From Octopus vulgaris (lineage: Eukaryota): a DNA stretch of 64,000 bases. Positions 1 through 11,390 of this stretch are shown here, in pieces (the first letter of the stretch is position 1; each line of letters opens with the position of its first letter). Where the stretch lies: contig OX597816.1 of NCBI GenBank assembly GCA_951406725.2, positions 62,496,001 through 62,560,000 of the forward strand, in the 5' to 3' direction. The position numbers and the translations under genes are program-made. A model generated the notes under the pieces. The model was not told where the DNA came from and made no database searches. It saw only the letters and a list, made by a program, of their open reading frames with translations.

Positions 1-201
1 CTTTCTACAATGCCGGAAAATTTTGAGGATAGGGGATATGCGATAACATCGAATCCAGTACTCAAATAGTACTCATTTTATCGAGCCCGAAACTATGACG
101 TGCAAAGTCGACTTCCGCGGAATTTGAACTCGGAACGTAAACACGGACGAAATGCCGCTAAGCCTTTTGTCCGGTGCGATAACGATTCTGACAGCTCTCG
201 C
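1..201 (-). mobile_element. SINE family A (tRNA-derived), diverged copy
   Basis: Reverse strand has an A-box-like start, B box GAGTTCAAATTCC and the GTCGACTTTGC...CGATAAAATGAGTAC central block shared with other copies in the window. Confidence 0.8.
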
Positions 202-562
202 ACTACAGTTATGAAAATATGAGAAACTAAACGATAACGGTTAAATAGAAATGAATATATTAAAACAAATTTGTGAAGGTGTCTCTATTACGACTGAGAA
301 CATCTGAAATCAAAAGATATCATATTCAGAGGTAATTGGGATATTTGGTAGTTATGATTAAGGCTGAGATTGGTCAAGAGGTATGATGATTTATTATTGT
401 AAACAAGTATGTCTGGTTTGCTTTGAGATCGACGTACAAAACGAGCAATTAAATATATGTCAGGATGTTAATTACTCATTTATAATGGAAGAGAAAGTAA
501 ATTTTGATTTTCACGAATACTTGAGGATAGGAATATATGTGCGTATATGAGTGTTCATATGA

Positions 563-615
<53 letters not shown>

Positions 616-999
616 ATACAAAGTATGATAACAAAGGTTGAAATTAATTAATTAAAAGTAATCAGTAATTTCACCACGTAGAATTCGGCATGGAAAGGAC
701 CATTTCGTGGTAAGCTTAAGTAATACTTTATAAACCCTATTTATGAAACCTATTTATAAAGTATATATATATATACGTTGATAAAAGCATACATAAACGT
801 AGCTATTTAGGACACATGCATACATAAAAGGTAAATGCATTTTTGGTTATGTAAACATAATATGTACAGTTATATAAATGAATGTTTCGAATCTATGCAT
901 GCTTTGTATAAATACACGCACACACACACAAAGATACATCACACATACACACGTATATAAATGCTTACAAATATACAGATTTGACTATATATACATATA

Positions 1000-1036
<37 letters not shown>

Positions 1037-1040
<4 letters not shown>

Positions 1041-1528
1041 GTGAATGGAATAAATGGAGTTGAACGAAGATTGTACAGAATACCTTTTATTACATTCTAC
1101 ACATGTTTCGAAGGCCACAAATTTCCAAATTCTGTTTAAATAAGGGTACCATATTGCGGCTTTCTCTTCAGGAGCATCTTCGTTTGAATTGCTGTGCCTC
1201 TGTTATGTTTTGTCCTGTCAACGGAATTCCTGTTTTTTTTTTCTGAAGAGAAAGCCGCAATATGGTACCCTTATTTAAACAGAATTTGGAAATTTGTGGC
1301 CTTCGAAACATGTGTAGAATGTAATAAAAGGTATTCTGTACAATCTTCGTTCAACTCCATTTATTCCATTTACTAATAATATTAAACTTCAATTATCCGC
1401 TCCAACGCACGGTTGCAACACCAAATGGTCTTATCTCCAACCGTGCTGTTTTCCGCTGTGATTTTTGCTACCCAGGTATCGGTTAAACCTTTGAATAATC
1501 TGTTACAAGAAAATTCATCTTTCTATTT

Positions 1529-1535
<7 letters not shown>
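1037..1535. mobile_element. (TA)n-flanked fold-back element with hammerhead-like motifs (Penelope pLTR-like, non-autonomous)
   Basis: Near-perfect 135-bp inverted repeat (1037-1171 vs 1243-1377). Each arm contains CTGAAGA-stem-GAAACATGTGTA. (TA)n on both sides. Confidence 0.65.
1243..1320 (+). ncRNA. Minimal type-I hammerhead ribozyme-like motif (mirror copy on - strand at ~1094-1177)
   Basis: CTGAAGA, stem II GAAAGCCGCAA/TTGTGGCCTTC, GAAAC-ATGT-GTA. Stem I is weak on this arm. Confidence 0.5.
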
Positions 1536-1560
<25 letters not shown>

Positions 1561-1565
<5 letters not shown>

Positions 1566-1935
1566 TTAAGAAATAGAGTTAAATGCAGGTGTTATTCAAA
1601 TCTTTATACTTCCGACATATGTTTCGAAGAAAACATTGGTATTATTCCTAAGGGAAAAAGATGATATAAAACAATTCGTTTAAAATGGCTTATTCATGTG
1701 TTTTGTTTCTCTTTTTTCTCTGACGTAATGATTACATTGTTTTACATCATTTTATTCCCTGAGGCATAATACCAATGTTTTCTTCGAAACATATAACGGA
1801 AGTATAAAGATTTGAATAACACCTGCGTTTTAATCCATTTCTTAATTTATCTATGTTAATCAAAAACATTTCACTCAACCCTGGAATATCTACCTTTACA
1901 AGTAACATCCTTGGCATTTATAGGAATTTCTGCTA
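1561..1935. mobile_element. Second microsatellite-flanked fold-back element with degenerate hammerhead motifs
   Basis: Imperfect ~115-bp inverted repeat (1561-1675 vs 1736-1850). Arm consensus TTCC-CTGAGGA...GAAAC-ATAT-GTC-GGAA. Confidence 0.6.
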
Positions 1936-1937
1936 TA

Positions 1938-1938
1938 C

Positions 1939-2024
<86 letters not shown>
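1938..2024. repeat. (GATA)n microsatellite
   Basis: Direct reading. Confidence 0.95.
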
Positions 2025-2025
<1 letters not shown>

Positions 2026-2034
2026 CAAAATCTG

Positions 2035-2235
2035 GAGTTATGAGAGCTGATGCGAGTCGGTTACATCAATCACAGTGCTTAACTTTAATAACCTCCGAAA
2101 AGATGAAAAGTAAAGTTGACCTCGGCGGTGTTTGACTTCAGAACGTAAAACCGGAAGTAATGTCGCTAAATATTTTTTGCCCGGCGTGCTAATGATTCTG
2201 TTGCACAACGTAAAGATTCTGCCAACTCACCATCG
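2035..2235 (-). mobile_element. SINE family A, diverged
   Basis: GATGAAAAGTAAAGTTGACCTCGGCGG...CAGAACGTA block matches family A. Confidence 0.7.
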
Positions 2236-2660
2236 TAGATATTGATAACATAATGTTATGAGAGTGAAGTGACAATTGCAACCGTGCTACAGACTCGGTT
2301 TGGAGAATCTTACCTGCTTTCATATGCTCAGTCGTATTGTGTTGTTATATTAGTCCATTGCAGTTCACATGTTTATCATAAAGTGTGTCCTTTCTTTGAG
2401 GAAACTTTTGTCAAAGACAGTTCACATCTTGTATTTGTTTTCAGAAAAAAATATATCCAGTGTAACTTTACTATTTTAATTGGCTTGCACATTTGTAGTC
2501 CTCTGCATTACGATGGAATCAGTGTGTTCTCTCTATCAACCACGGTCTGATGCGTAGGACCTGAGCTTGAGCTTGAGATCACATTGGTTTCATGAGCCTA
2601 CTCTGCTACATTGTTTCGACACGGATTGGCAGAGGAATGCAGCTTTTATATTCATTCAGT

Positions 2661-3071
2661 CGCAGGAGTGGCTGTGTGGTAAGTAGCTTGTTTACCAACC
2701 ACATTGTTCCGGGTTCAGTCCCACTGTGTGGCACCTTGGGCAAGTGTCTTCTACTATAGCCTCGGGCTGACCAAAGCCTTGTGAGTGGATTTGGTAGACG
2801 GAAACTGAAAAGAAGCCCGTCGTATATATGTATATATATTTATATATATAAATGCGTGTGTGTGTTTGTGTGTCTGTGTTTGTCCCTCTAGCATTGCTTG
2901 ACAACCGATGCTGGTGTGTTTATGTCCCTGTTACTTAGCGGTTCAGCAAAAAAGACTGATAGAATAAGTACTGGGCTTACAAAAGAATAAGTCCCGGGGT
3001 CGAGTTGCTCGATTAAAGGCGGTGCTCCAGCATGGCCGCAGTCAAATGACTGAAACAAGTAAAAGAGTAAA
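2661..3071 (+). mobile_element. SINE family B (tRNA head, CORE-like domain, internal microsatellite), full length
   Basis: A box TGGCTGTGTGG, B-box-like GGGTTCAGTCCC, CORE-like GGCACCTTGGGCAAGT, central (TA)/(TG) tract, tail GAAACAAGTAAAAGAG. Confidence 0.9.
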
Positions 3072-3099
3072 AAAAAATTAAAAAAAGAGTATTATCAAG

Positions 3100-3267
3100 G
3101 AGGAGTGAAGTCGGTTACATTGAACCTAGTGCTCAGCTAGTACTTATTTTACCAACTCTCCACTGTCAATAAAATAAGAACGAGCGGAATTTGCAGTCAG
3201 AACCTAAGGACGGACGAAATACCGCTAAGAATTTCGGCGTTTTAACGATTTTGCCACTCCACCGCCT
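3100..3267 (-). mobile_element. SINE family A, diverged
   Basis: GACGAAATACCGCTAAG...AACGATTTTGCCACTCCACCGCC matches the family A head. Confidence 0.65.
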
Positions 3268-4006
3268 TTCCGTTTTTGTGATACGCAGGTTATTTATTTA
3301 AAGAATATTTTATTTGTATTTCCAGCAGATTGACCCATATTGTAGAGATCCAGAAGGAAGAATCCCTTTACCGCAGGCCAGTTTTTACTTGCATTCAACA
3401 ATAAATCCGTTCGCTTTAAAAACTCATGTGAATAAAGCTTTTTAAGCATTAAAACTAAAATAGCAAGTTTGATAATAAATTGCCGTTATATGAATTTGTA
3501 AACTAAACATTTGAGAAGTTCCAATGCAGGAAAATCTGGGCCCTTAAGTTACCATGTAACTGCTACCAGTTAACATTAAAAATAGTTAAAATAAAATTTA
3601 CTCAATTTTCTAAGAACAGATGCAGCCACACCATTTATTTCCCAATAATAAACAACTAAAATAAAAATGAAATTTAATTTCTGGTGGCTTAGCAAAAGGT
3701 TCTCTGTGAACAAAAGAGATTTGCTAATGATTTCTTTCGGAATCCAATCTCTTGTACAGAAGGTTTTTAAATTCCGTTCTGTTTCAGGGGCTTCAATAAG
3801 CTTCAGTCTACCATCTCGGTTCATATAATATTCGGTAAATTCAAAGCGATACAAACGATGAATTGCTGCATAGGAGGCTGGAACTAAGAACCACAAGATT
3901 ACGAAGTGAACTTCTCAAATACACAGCTTTGTTTGCGCCTTCATATTTGCCTATGAATCTTTCTAGAATAGAGTGGTACTAAAGAAAATTCTCCCCCATG
4001 GATATT

Positions 4007-4400
4007 TATTTGTTTATTGCCCACAAAGGGCTGAACATAGAGGGGACAAACAAGGACAGACAACGGGATTAAGCCGCTTACATCGACCCCAGTGCGTAAT
4101 TGGTACTTATTTAATCGACCCCGAAAGAATGAAAGGCAAAGTCGACCTCGGCGGTAAAGACAGACCAAATACCTATTTCTTTACTACCCACAAGAGGTTA
4201 AACACAGAGAGGACAAAGAAGGATAGACAAACGGATTAAGTCGATTATATCGACCCAAGTGCGTAACTGGTACTTATTTAATCGACCCTGAAAGGATGAA
4301 ATGTAAAGTCGACCTCGGCGGAATTTGAACTCAGAACGTAGCAGCAGACGAAATACGGAGACGCAATTCGCCCGGTGTGCAAATGATTCTGCCATCTCAC
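4007..4400 (-). mobile_element. SINE A dimer (full monomer plus 5'-truncated monomer)
   Basis: Junction at 4172/4173. A single TSD CCCCATGGATATT flanks the pair at 3994-4006 and 4401-4413. Confidence 0.85.
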
Positions 4401-4464
4401 CCCCATGGATATTGGCAATCTCTTATGGACTTGGATGTAGCTTAGCCACAAACTAAGAGACAAC

Positions 4465-4863
4465 CCTTTTCTACTCTAGGCACAAGGCCCGAAATATTGG
4501 GGGAGGGGGCCAGTCGATTAGATCGACCTCAGTACGCAAATGGTACGCAAATTTATCGACCCCAAAAGGATGAAAGGAAAAGTTGTCCTCGGCCGAATTT
4601 TAACTCAGAAGGTAAAGACAGACGAAATACTATTTCTTTATTGCCCACAAAGGGCTAAACATAGAGGGGGACAAACTAGGACAGACAAACGGATTAAGTC
4701 GATTACATCGACTCCAGTGCGTAACTGGTACTTAATTTATCAAACCCGAAAGGATGAAAGGCAAAGTCGACCTCGGCGGAATTTGAACTCAGAACGTAAC
4801 GGCAGACGAAATACGGCTACGCATTTCGCCCGGCGTGCTAACGTTTCTGCCAGCTCGCCGCCT
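4465..4863 (-). mobile_element. SINE A dimer, second monomer with an alternative 3' tail
   Basis: Junction GACGAAATAC|TATTTCTTTA at 4630/4631. Tail variant GGCCTTGTGCCTAGAGTAGAAAAG. Confidence 0.85.
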
Positions 4864-4883
4864 TAATTAAAAGACAATCCTAA

Positions 4884-5095
4884 GGCGACGAGCTGGCAAA
4901 GTGGTGAGCATGGGCGAAATACTCAGCGGCATTTTATCCGTCTTTAGATTCCGAGTTCAATTTCTCCCGAAGTCGATTTTGCCTTGCATCCTCTTCGGGG
5001 TCGATAAAATAGGAACAAGTCAAGCACTGGGGTCGATGCAGTCGAGTTATCCCCTTCATCACACCTGCTGGCCTTGTGTCAAAATTTAAGATCAA
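4884..5095 (+). mobile_element. SINE family A, third tail variant
   Basis: GGCGACGAGCTGGCA start, B box GAGTTCAATTTC, tail GGCCTTGTGTCAAAATTT, imperfect ~17-bp TSD. Confidence 0.8.
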
Positions 5096-5269
5096 ATTGA
5101 AAGACAATTCTACCACGGAGACTGGCCTTTATAACACTGATAATTAGGTAGCTACATAATATCAAACAACTACTGCAAATCCAATGAAGTATGCACAAAT
5201 ATTTGTGTTATATATTACTGGGAGTGCGCGTCTACCTTGTTCTAGTTTTTTTTATCGCTTGTTATCCGG

Positions 5270-5465
5270 TAATGGTGTGTTTACGTCACCGCAAAATCAC
5301 AGTCCGTCACCAACCAAAAAAAAAAAAAAAAAGAGAAAAGAGAGAACCGGTACATTAATCGTAATTATAACAAAGTACTTAGATCCATTTGCTCAACATA
5401 AGCCCTCTAAGTAGTGCCCCAGCATGGTCGCAGTCCAAAGGCAGTAACCAATAAGAGAGTAAAGA
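5270..5465 (+). mobile_element. SINE B 3' half, diverged
   Basis: GGTGTGTTTACGTCACCG and GTGCCCCAGCATGGTCGCAGTC blocks. Confidence 0.7.
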
Positions 5466-5510
5466 AGTAAATTAAGGAATATTGTATGACATACTTAAGA
5501 CTGCAATATA

Positions 5511-5658
5511 TTTCTCTATATTTCTTACTTAATTTTAAAATGTTCATAATATACTGTATTGGTCTCTGTTCTTTCGCCCTGTATCTACCAAATGATCTCT
5601 AGAAGGTTCAGTAGTTAGAATATTCGGCTCACACCAACACACACACACACACACACAC
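5511..5658 (+). repeat. ~120-bp direct repeat, copy 1, followed by (CA)n
   Basis: Near-identical to 6781-6904. Confidence 0.9.
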
Positions 5659-6039
5659 TGTGATTTGAGGTAAAAGATTTCGCTTGTATTTCTATCGGAT
5701 CGAGCGACTACGTTGAGGTTCTTCATCAGCATGCATATCCTGCGGTGAAATATGCGAACACAATTCACATCGACACGATGCGAAAGATATAAAACGCATT
5801 TTATCTTGCTTTTGTACATTTTATATATATTTTCCTAGATTTTACATGTGTCCTACAGATAAGTCTCTCTTTTTTTTTTCTATGTTCTTGTATTTACATC
5901 TTGAAGCATTATTTATTTTCCTTTGCCTTCGACTTTCAAATCCTTCTCATCACATTCAAATGTCAAACGTGATTCCTCATGACGAACGAAATAACAGTTC
6001 TTGTCACTATCACGTCTTCTATCTGAGCTTTTAAAACCA

Positions 6040-6081
6040 CATACATACATACATACATACATACATACATACATACATACA

Positions 6082-6150
<69 letters not shown>

Positions 6151-6181
6151 GTGTGTATATATATATATATATAAATATATG

Positions 6182-6241
<60 letters not shown>

Positions 6242-6270
6242 CTCACTATATGTATATATATATGTACGTA

Positions 6271-6302
<32 letters not shown>

Positions 6303-6354
6303 CATATATTTATATATTTATATGTGTGTGTATATATGTACACACACATCTATA

Positions 6355-6389
<35 letters not shown>

Positions 6390-6445
6390 GTACATGTCAC
6401 ATGTATAAATATATATATATATACACATACACATACACGCACACA
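6040..6445. repeat. Compound (TACA)n/(TA)n microsatellite
   Basis: Direct reading. Confidence 0.95.
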
Positions 6446-6780
6446 TCTATGTGCGTGTGCGGTGTGTGCGGATGCATGTATGTAAGTGTTAATATTTATA
6501 ATTTTATATATGACATTAATCTCATTTTTGACTAATTTTGGTATGTTTTTTTTCTTCAATATTTTGCCTTCCATTTTATTAAAACTTCATTCATTCAATG
6601 TTTCTTTTTTGTCTGCACCTATTCGTTTTCTTTCTATCTTTCTTTACTTCTTTCTTTCTTTTATCCTCTTTCTTTTTCCTTCTATTCCTTTCGTTATTTC
6701 ACTTTTCTTCTCTTCTCACAAGCTTATCTCCTCCTTTCGTTTCGCTTGTTCTTATCTTGGTTTCTCTCCTTCATTCTTTA

Positions 6781-6897
6781 TTTCTCTATATTTCTTACTT
6801 AATTTTAAAATGTTCATAATATTCTATATTGGTCTCTGTTCTTTCGCCCTGTATCTACTAAATGATCTCTCGAAGGTTCAGTAGTTAGAATATTCGG

Positions 6898-6956
<59 letters not shown>

Positions 6957-7000
6957 GCACACGCACACACACACACACACACACACAAACACAATACACA
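6781..7000 (+). repeat. ~120-bp direct repeat, copy 2, followed by (CA)n
   Basis: Near-identical to 5511-5634. Confidence 0.9.
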
Positions 7001-7130
7001 CATGTATATACATTCAGTCGATCAACCGCCTACTAGAAGAGATTAAACCGTGAACGTATTCAGTTGCATATCTGAAACAGCTGTAAGCGTGTAATAAATA
7101 AAGGGATATAACCCATGATTTCTCTGTGTG

Positions 7131-7287
7131 TTTCATTTGACTGCCGCCATGCTGGAGCTCCGCCCTTAGCCGAACAAATCGACCCTAGGACTTATTCTTT
7201 GTAAGCCTAGTACTTATTCTATCAATGTTTTTTTGCCGAACCGCTAGCTAACGGTTCTCAAGCGATGGTGGGGCAACAAACACAGAT

Positions 7288-7329
<42 letters not shown>

Positions 7330-7348
7330 ACATATATGTATATGTGTA

Positions 7349-7395
<47 letters not shown>
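7131..7395 (-). mobile_element. SINE B 3' half, truncated at its internal microsatellite
   Basis: CATTTGACTGCCGCCATGCTGGAGC...GACTTATTCTTTGTAAGCCTAGTAC. Confidence 0.85.
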
Positions 7396-7397
<2 letters not shown>

Positions 7398-7519
7398 GTA
7401 CTAACAGCAAATATTAATGATGTTCCCACATCTACTCACACATGATTTTTATTCAGCTGTGAAGTCTCTTCTAGGACCAACTACCATTTTCGGAAGGATC
7501 GTGATACCGGTTTATTGGA

Positions 7520-8098
7520 TAACAGAAGTAGACGCACTGAGAGAAGCTCGTTTCAGAATGAGTTGAGCGGATGATAATTAAAATGGTCAGCAATGACCCT
7601 CAGATAACAACTGCAGTGTCCAAAGCCAATTTAACAGCTATCAGAGTTTATGTTTCAAGGTCGAAAATTACTCTGACCCTCAACTGAATGCGTATCCGTT
7701 GACAAGATGCAATTGTTGAAAAAACAATTAACTGCATGTTTAAAGTTTTGCGAGAGACTTTCTGAAGAGGCATAGATGATTTGGCACACTGTTCTGTGGT
7801 CTGACGAAACCAAACTCGAGTGATTCAGTCACAACGATAGGACCACCGCTTCGAGGAAAAGACGAGAAGCCATCAATCTGAAGAATGCCATCCCCACCAT
7901 CGAACATGGCAGAGGTAGCATAATGAGGTGGAGCTCTTTTTCTTCCAAAGGCAGTGACTGGTAAATTCCAGTCGAAAGAACGATAAAATAAGGGAATTAT
8001 CTCGATGTTCTGAATGAAAATCTGAAGTCATTAGCGAAGCAACAGGAATTAGGATGCTGTTATATCTTCATACAAGGCAATGATGCCAACAATACCCC
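7520..8098 (+). mobile_element. Tc1 transposase pseudogene fragment
   Basis: Translates to WHTVLWSDETKLE...PTIEHGRGSIMRW...YLDVLNENL...FIQGND, matching Tc1 DDE motifs, with stops. Confidence 0.85.
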
Positions 8099-8120
8099 AC
8101 TTTTAATCTCTTTTAATCGT

Positions 8121-8211
8121 TCTCTTTTGCCAAACCGCTAAGTTACGGGACGTAATCACACCAACATCAGTTCTCAAGCAATAGTTGGGGGAACGGACAA
8201 GCACAGACACA

Positions 8212-8254
<43 letters not shown>

Positions 8255-8400
8255 CGATGGGCTCCTTTCAGTTCCCGTCTACAAAATCCACTCACTTTGG
8301 TCGGTCCGAGGCTATAGTAGAACACACTTGCCCGAGGTGCCACGCAGCGGGACTGAACCCGGAAGCGTATATCCTTGGTAAGCAAACTACTTACCTCACA
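8121..8400 (-). mobile_element. SINE B, partial
   Basis: Family B blocks on - strand with internal (TA)n. Confidence 0.85.
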
Positions 8401-8440
8401 TACATACATACATACAAACATACACATATATTTATAGATG

Positions 8441-8511
<71 letters not shown>

Positions 8512-8989
8512 GGACCAGTAAATCGATACCTCTTGCATCGTATACATATTCCATCTCTCTTGTTATCCTTCCTTTATACTGCATAACAATTGTCCGTGGT
8601 TCTTTGCATTTTCTTTTCACATCTGTCCTAATCCCTTCCTTGCAGTCCTGACCTTCTGTTCATTTCCCCTATTCTTCTTTCCTTTGTTGATTTCTTTCTA
8701 CTACTTGTATATTGTTTATTACATTCAGCCTTTCCAGTTCTTTCTTTCTGTATTCTTCGTTATGTTTCTTTGTCCCGCATCTTTATTACCCTTATATCTG
8801 CATGTTCCACTGACACTACTGCAATCCTTCGTCTATACTGTCGACATTACGAATGTGTACTACTTCACTAACTCTACCAATAACGCACACTGCAATTGTG
8901 TCCGTACTACCCATCGCGCTACTACACTGCCAGAACTACACTCATCGCTACATTGCGATTTCAATTATACACCACTGCACAACTGCTAC

Positions 8990-9005
8990 TATACAACAGC
9001 AACAG

Positions 9006-9038
<33 letters not shown>

Positions 9039-9055
9039 ACACCACCACCACCACC

Positions 9056-9089
<34 letters not shown>

Positions 9090-9152
9090 ATAATAATAAT
9101 AATAATAATACTAATACTAATACTACTAATACTACTAATACTAATACTACTA
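8990..9152. repeat. Compound trinucleotide microsatellite (CTA)n(CCA)n(CTA)n(TAA)n
   Basis: Direct reading. Explains ORFs 8684-9247 and 8853-9317. Confidence 0.95.
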
Positions 9153-9354
9153 CCGTTTCTATGGCGTATGTGTTCCACAGCTGGCGGGACGCCAGTCCAT
9201 CACAGCGTTACTTATTTTTGCCAGCCGAGTGGACTGGAGCAACTTGAAATGAAGTGTTTTGCTCAAGAACACAACGCGTCGTCCGGTCCAGGAATCGAAA
9301 CCACAATCTTACGATAATGATACTGACACCCTAACCACTAAGCCACGCGCCTCC
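9153..9354 (-). mobile_element. SINE family D (tRNA head, CORE-like body)
   Basis: GGAGGCGCGTGGCTTAGTGGTTAGGG...GGTTTCGATTCC, GTTGTGTTCTTGAGCAAAACACTT, tail GATGGACTGGCGTCCCG. Confidence 0.85.
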
Positions 9355-9799
9355 ACTATATTGAACTATAAGTCTACCACTAAAACAACAACAAGACATT
9401 GCACCCTGTACCACAGACACTGACGCACTTACACTACTACACAGGTATTTTTACGCTGTCACTGTAATGTCACCTCGACTGTCAACACTTACACTGCAGT
9501 ACCATACGGTCGATACTAAACATCTACAACTACCACGCTTCTATCGTTTCTCAGTCTCTTTTAAGGCCACTATTTGCACTACCACTACAACACTGGCTGT
9601 ATTGAACTACTACAGAAGTATTATTCGTTGTTAGTGCACACACGTTACAACGTAGCTGCAACCACTTAAAGTGGTTGCTTTTACACTGCTGAGATTATAC
9701 AGCCACTAATAACTACACTGCAACAATCTATCAGTCGTTGCCGTAAAGCAAGTATTTACACGGCCTCTTCTACAACACTGATAGTACGGCACAATTACA

Positions 9800-10020
9800 T
9801 ATTTCTTTATTGGGGATAAACATAGAGGGGACAAACAAGGACAGACAAAGGGGTTAAGTCGATTACATCGACCTCAGTGCGTAACTGGTACTTAATTTAT
9901 CGACCCCGAAAGGATGAAAGGCAAATTCGACCTCGGCGGAATTTGAACTCGGAACGTAGCGACAGACGAAATACTGCTAAGCATTTCGCCCGGCGTTCTA
10001 ACGTTTCTGCCAGCTCGCCG
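9800..10020 (-). mobile_element. SINE family A, young full-length copy
   Basis: Intact A/B boxes. 12-bp TSD GGCACAATTACA at 9788-9799 and 10021-10032. Confidence 0.92.
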
Positions 10021-10299
10021 GGCACAATTACAACTACACAGACATTATTGTGCTACGTCCAGGCATACACGTTACCACTCTTGCATAACTGCGTGACATC
10101 TACTAAACTACCCCAACTACGCAGTCAGTTTTACACAGTTGATTATATACTGCCATTAGCAACTACGCTGCCGCTTTACAAATCACTAAGTACAGTCAGA
10201 ACTGTGCGCTAACTTGAGGACTCTTGCGTCGCCTCGTCGAATAAGAATTTGTGCAAGACACAGATGTGTGATGCTTTTCAAATCTGCAGAAACCCCTAT

Positions 10300-11390
10300 A
10301 CCACCTCTGTGCAGCGTCAAACTGAAGACCTCCAATTGGGTCCTGTACTTATTCTCTATATTTACTATTAATGATGCCAGTGTCTTGATTTTTATTCCCT
10401 ATATTTACTAGTAATGATGCTAGTGTCTTGATTTTCTGAATAACCAGCACGATGATAATATTACTATATTAGGCATGACTGGTGCAGAGCAAGTACCTTT
10501 CTCTGGTCCTTCAAACTTGTATTGGGCTGGAGTAATAGGTGTCACGCGTGTAGTAGTTAGCAGGATGCAGAACTTTTATGAAGATACCTTCTCTTAGATC
10601 AGCATCTAAAGAGCTGTTTGTGAGTGACCTACTTCCTGAGACAATTCGGTGACATACTAAATACTCCATAGTTGACACCCTGCTATTCCATCTAGATCAG
10701 AGTAGACCCGATGAGAATTGGGGCTAAGAGGTGACACCACGCTCACCCAAACGCTGGAATGTTTGAACCAAGGCTTTAAAAGCCATCCAGCACTTATTTA
10801 CTTTTTTACAGTCACATTCAGGATAACTGCTACACCACTTAATAGACACCCACTTTGCATAGCCATTCTCACACAAGCACAGATAGATTTCTTGCACATT
10901 TCTATTAACAGAAAGCCGCTGCTATACATATACGGTGACTGATACCTAATGCATTCTGACCTAAATAAGTTTGTTTCTACCATAAATAACATTATTGTAA
11001 TCTGCCTTCTTAATGTCCAATGGGGTCAATCTAAGTTTAATGTAACTGGGACTCTGGACATATCACATTCCATTACTATATCCACAATCTTTTGATCAGA
11101 TCTCTTATATTCTCTCAACGAATGATATCTTATAAATTTATCTTTGATACCAGAAACTTCAGTTCGCTTCATCCATCCGTATGGGCAAACACATTGGAAA
11201 AGGCTACATCAGAATGTCAATAATTGCTTCAGAATTTGTACTGTAATTGATTTAAGACAAATCGATCAGATGCACAGAACTATCACATTTAAGAACCCAA
11301 GTATCCTAATATTCTTATACTGCAGAAACGCCTGTCGGAACTTAATATGCAATAACAAATTTTTATTAAATAAGTTTCAATGATGTATCA
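10300..11390 (+). mobile_element. Highly degenerate CR1/L2/Jockey-like RT remnant
   Basis: LGPVL...IND-like motif near 10335 and RTITFKNPSILIFLY near 11275, with many frameshifts. Confidence 0.35.

Noticed and set aside
3576-3896. 106-aa ORF with faint THAP-like spacing
   Set aside because: It lacks the C2CH ligands and has no splice or homology support.
5913-6574. YI/CV/HT-repeat ORFs here and throughout the window
   Set aside because: They are translations of (TA)n, (TG)n and (TACA)n microsatellites.
8684-9317. Poly-Thr/Asn and poly-Leu/Pro ORFs
   Set aside because: They come from a trinucleotide microsatellite plus an antisense SINE.
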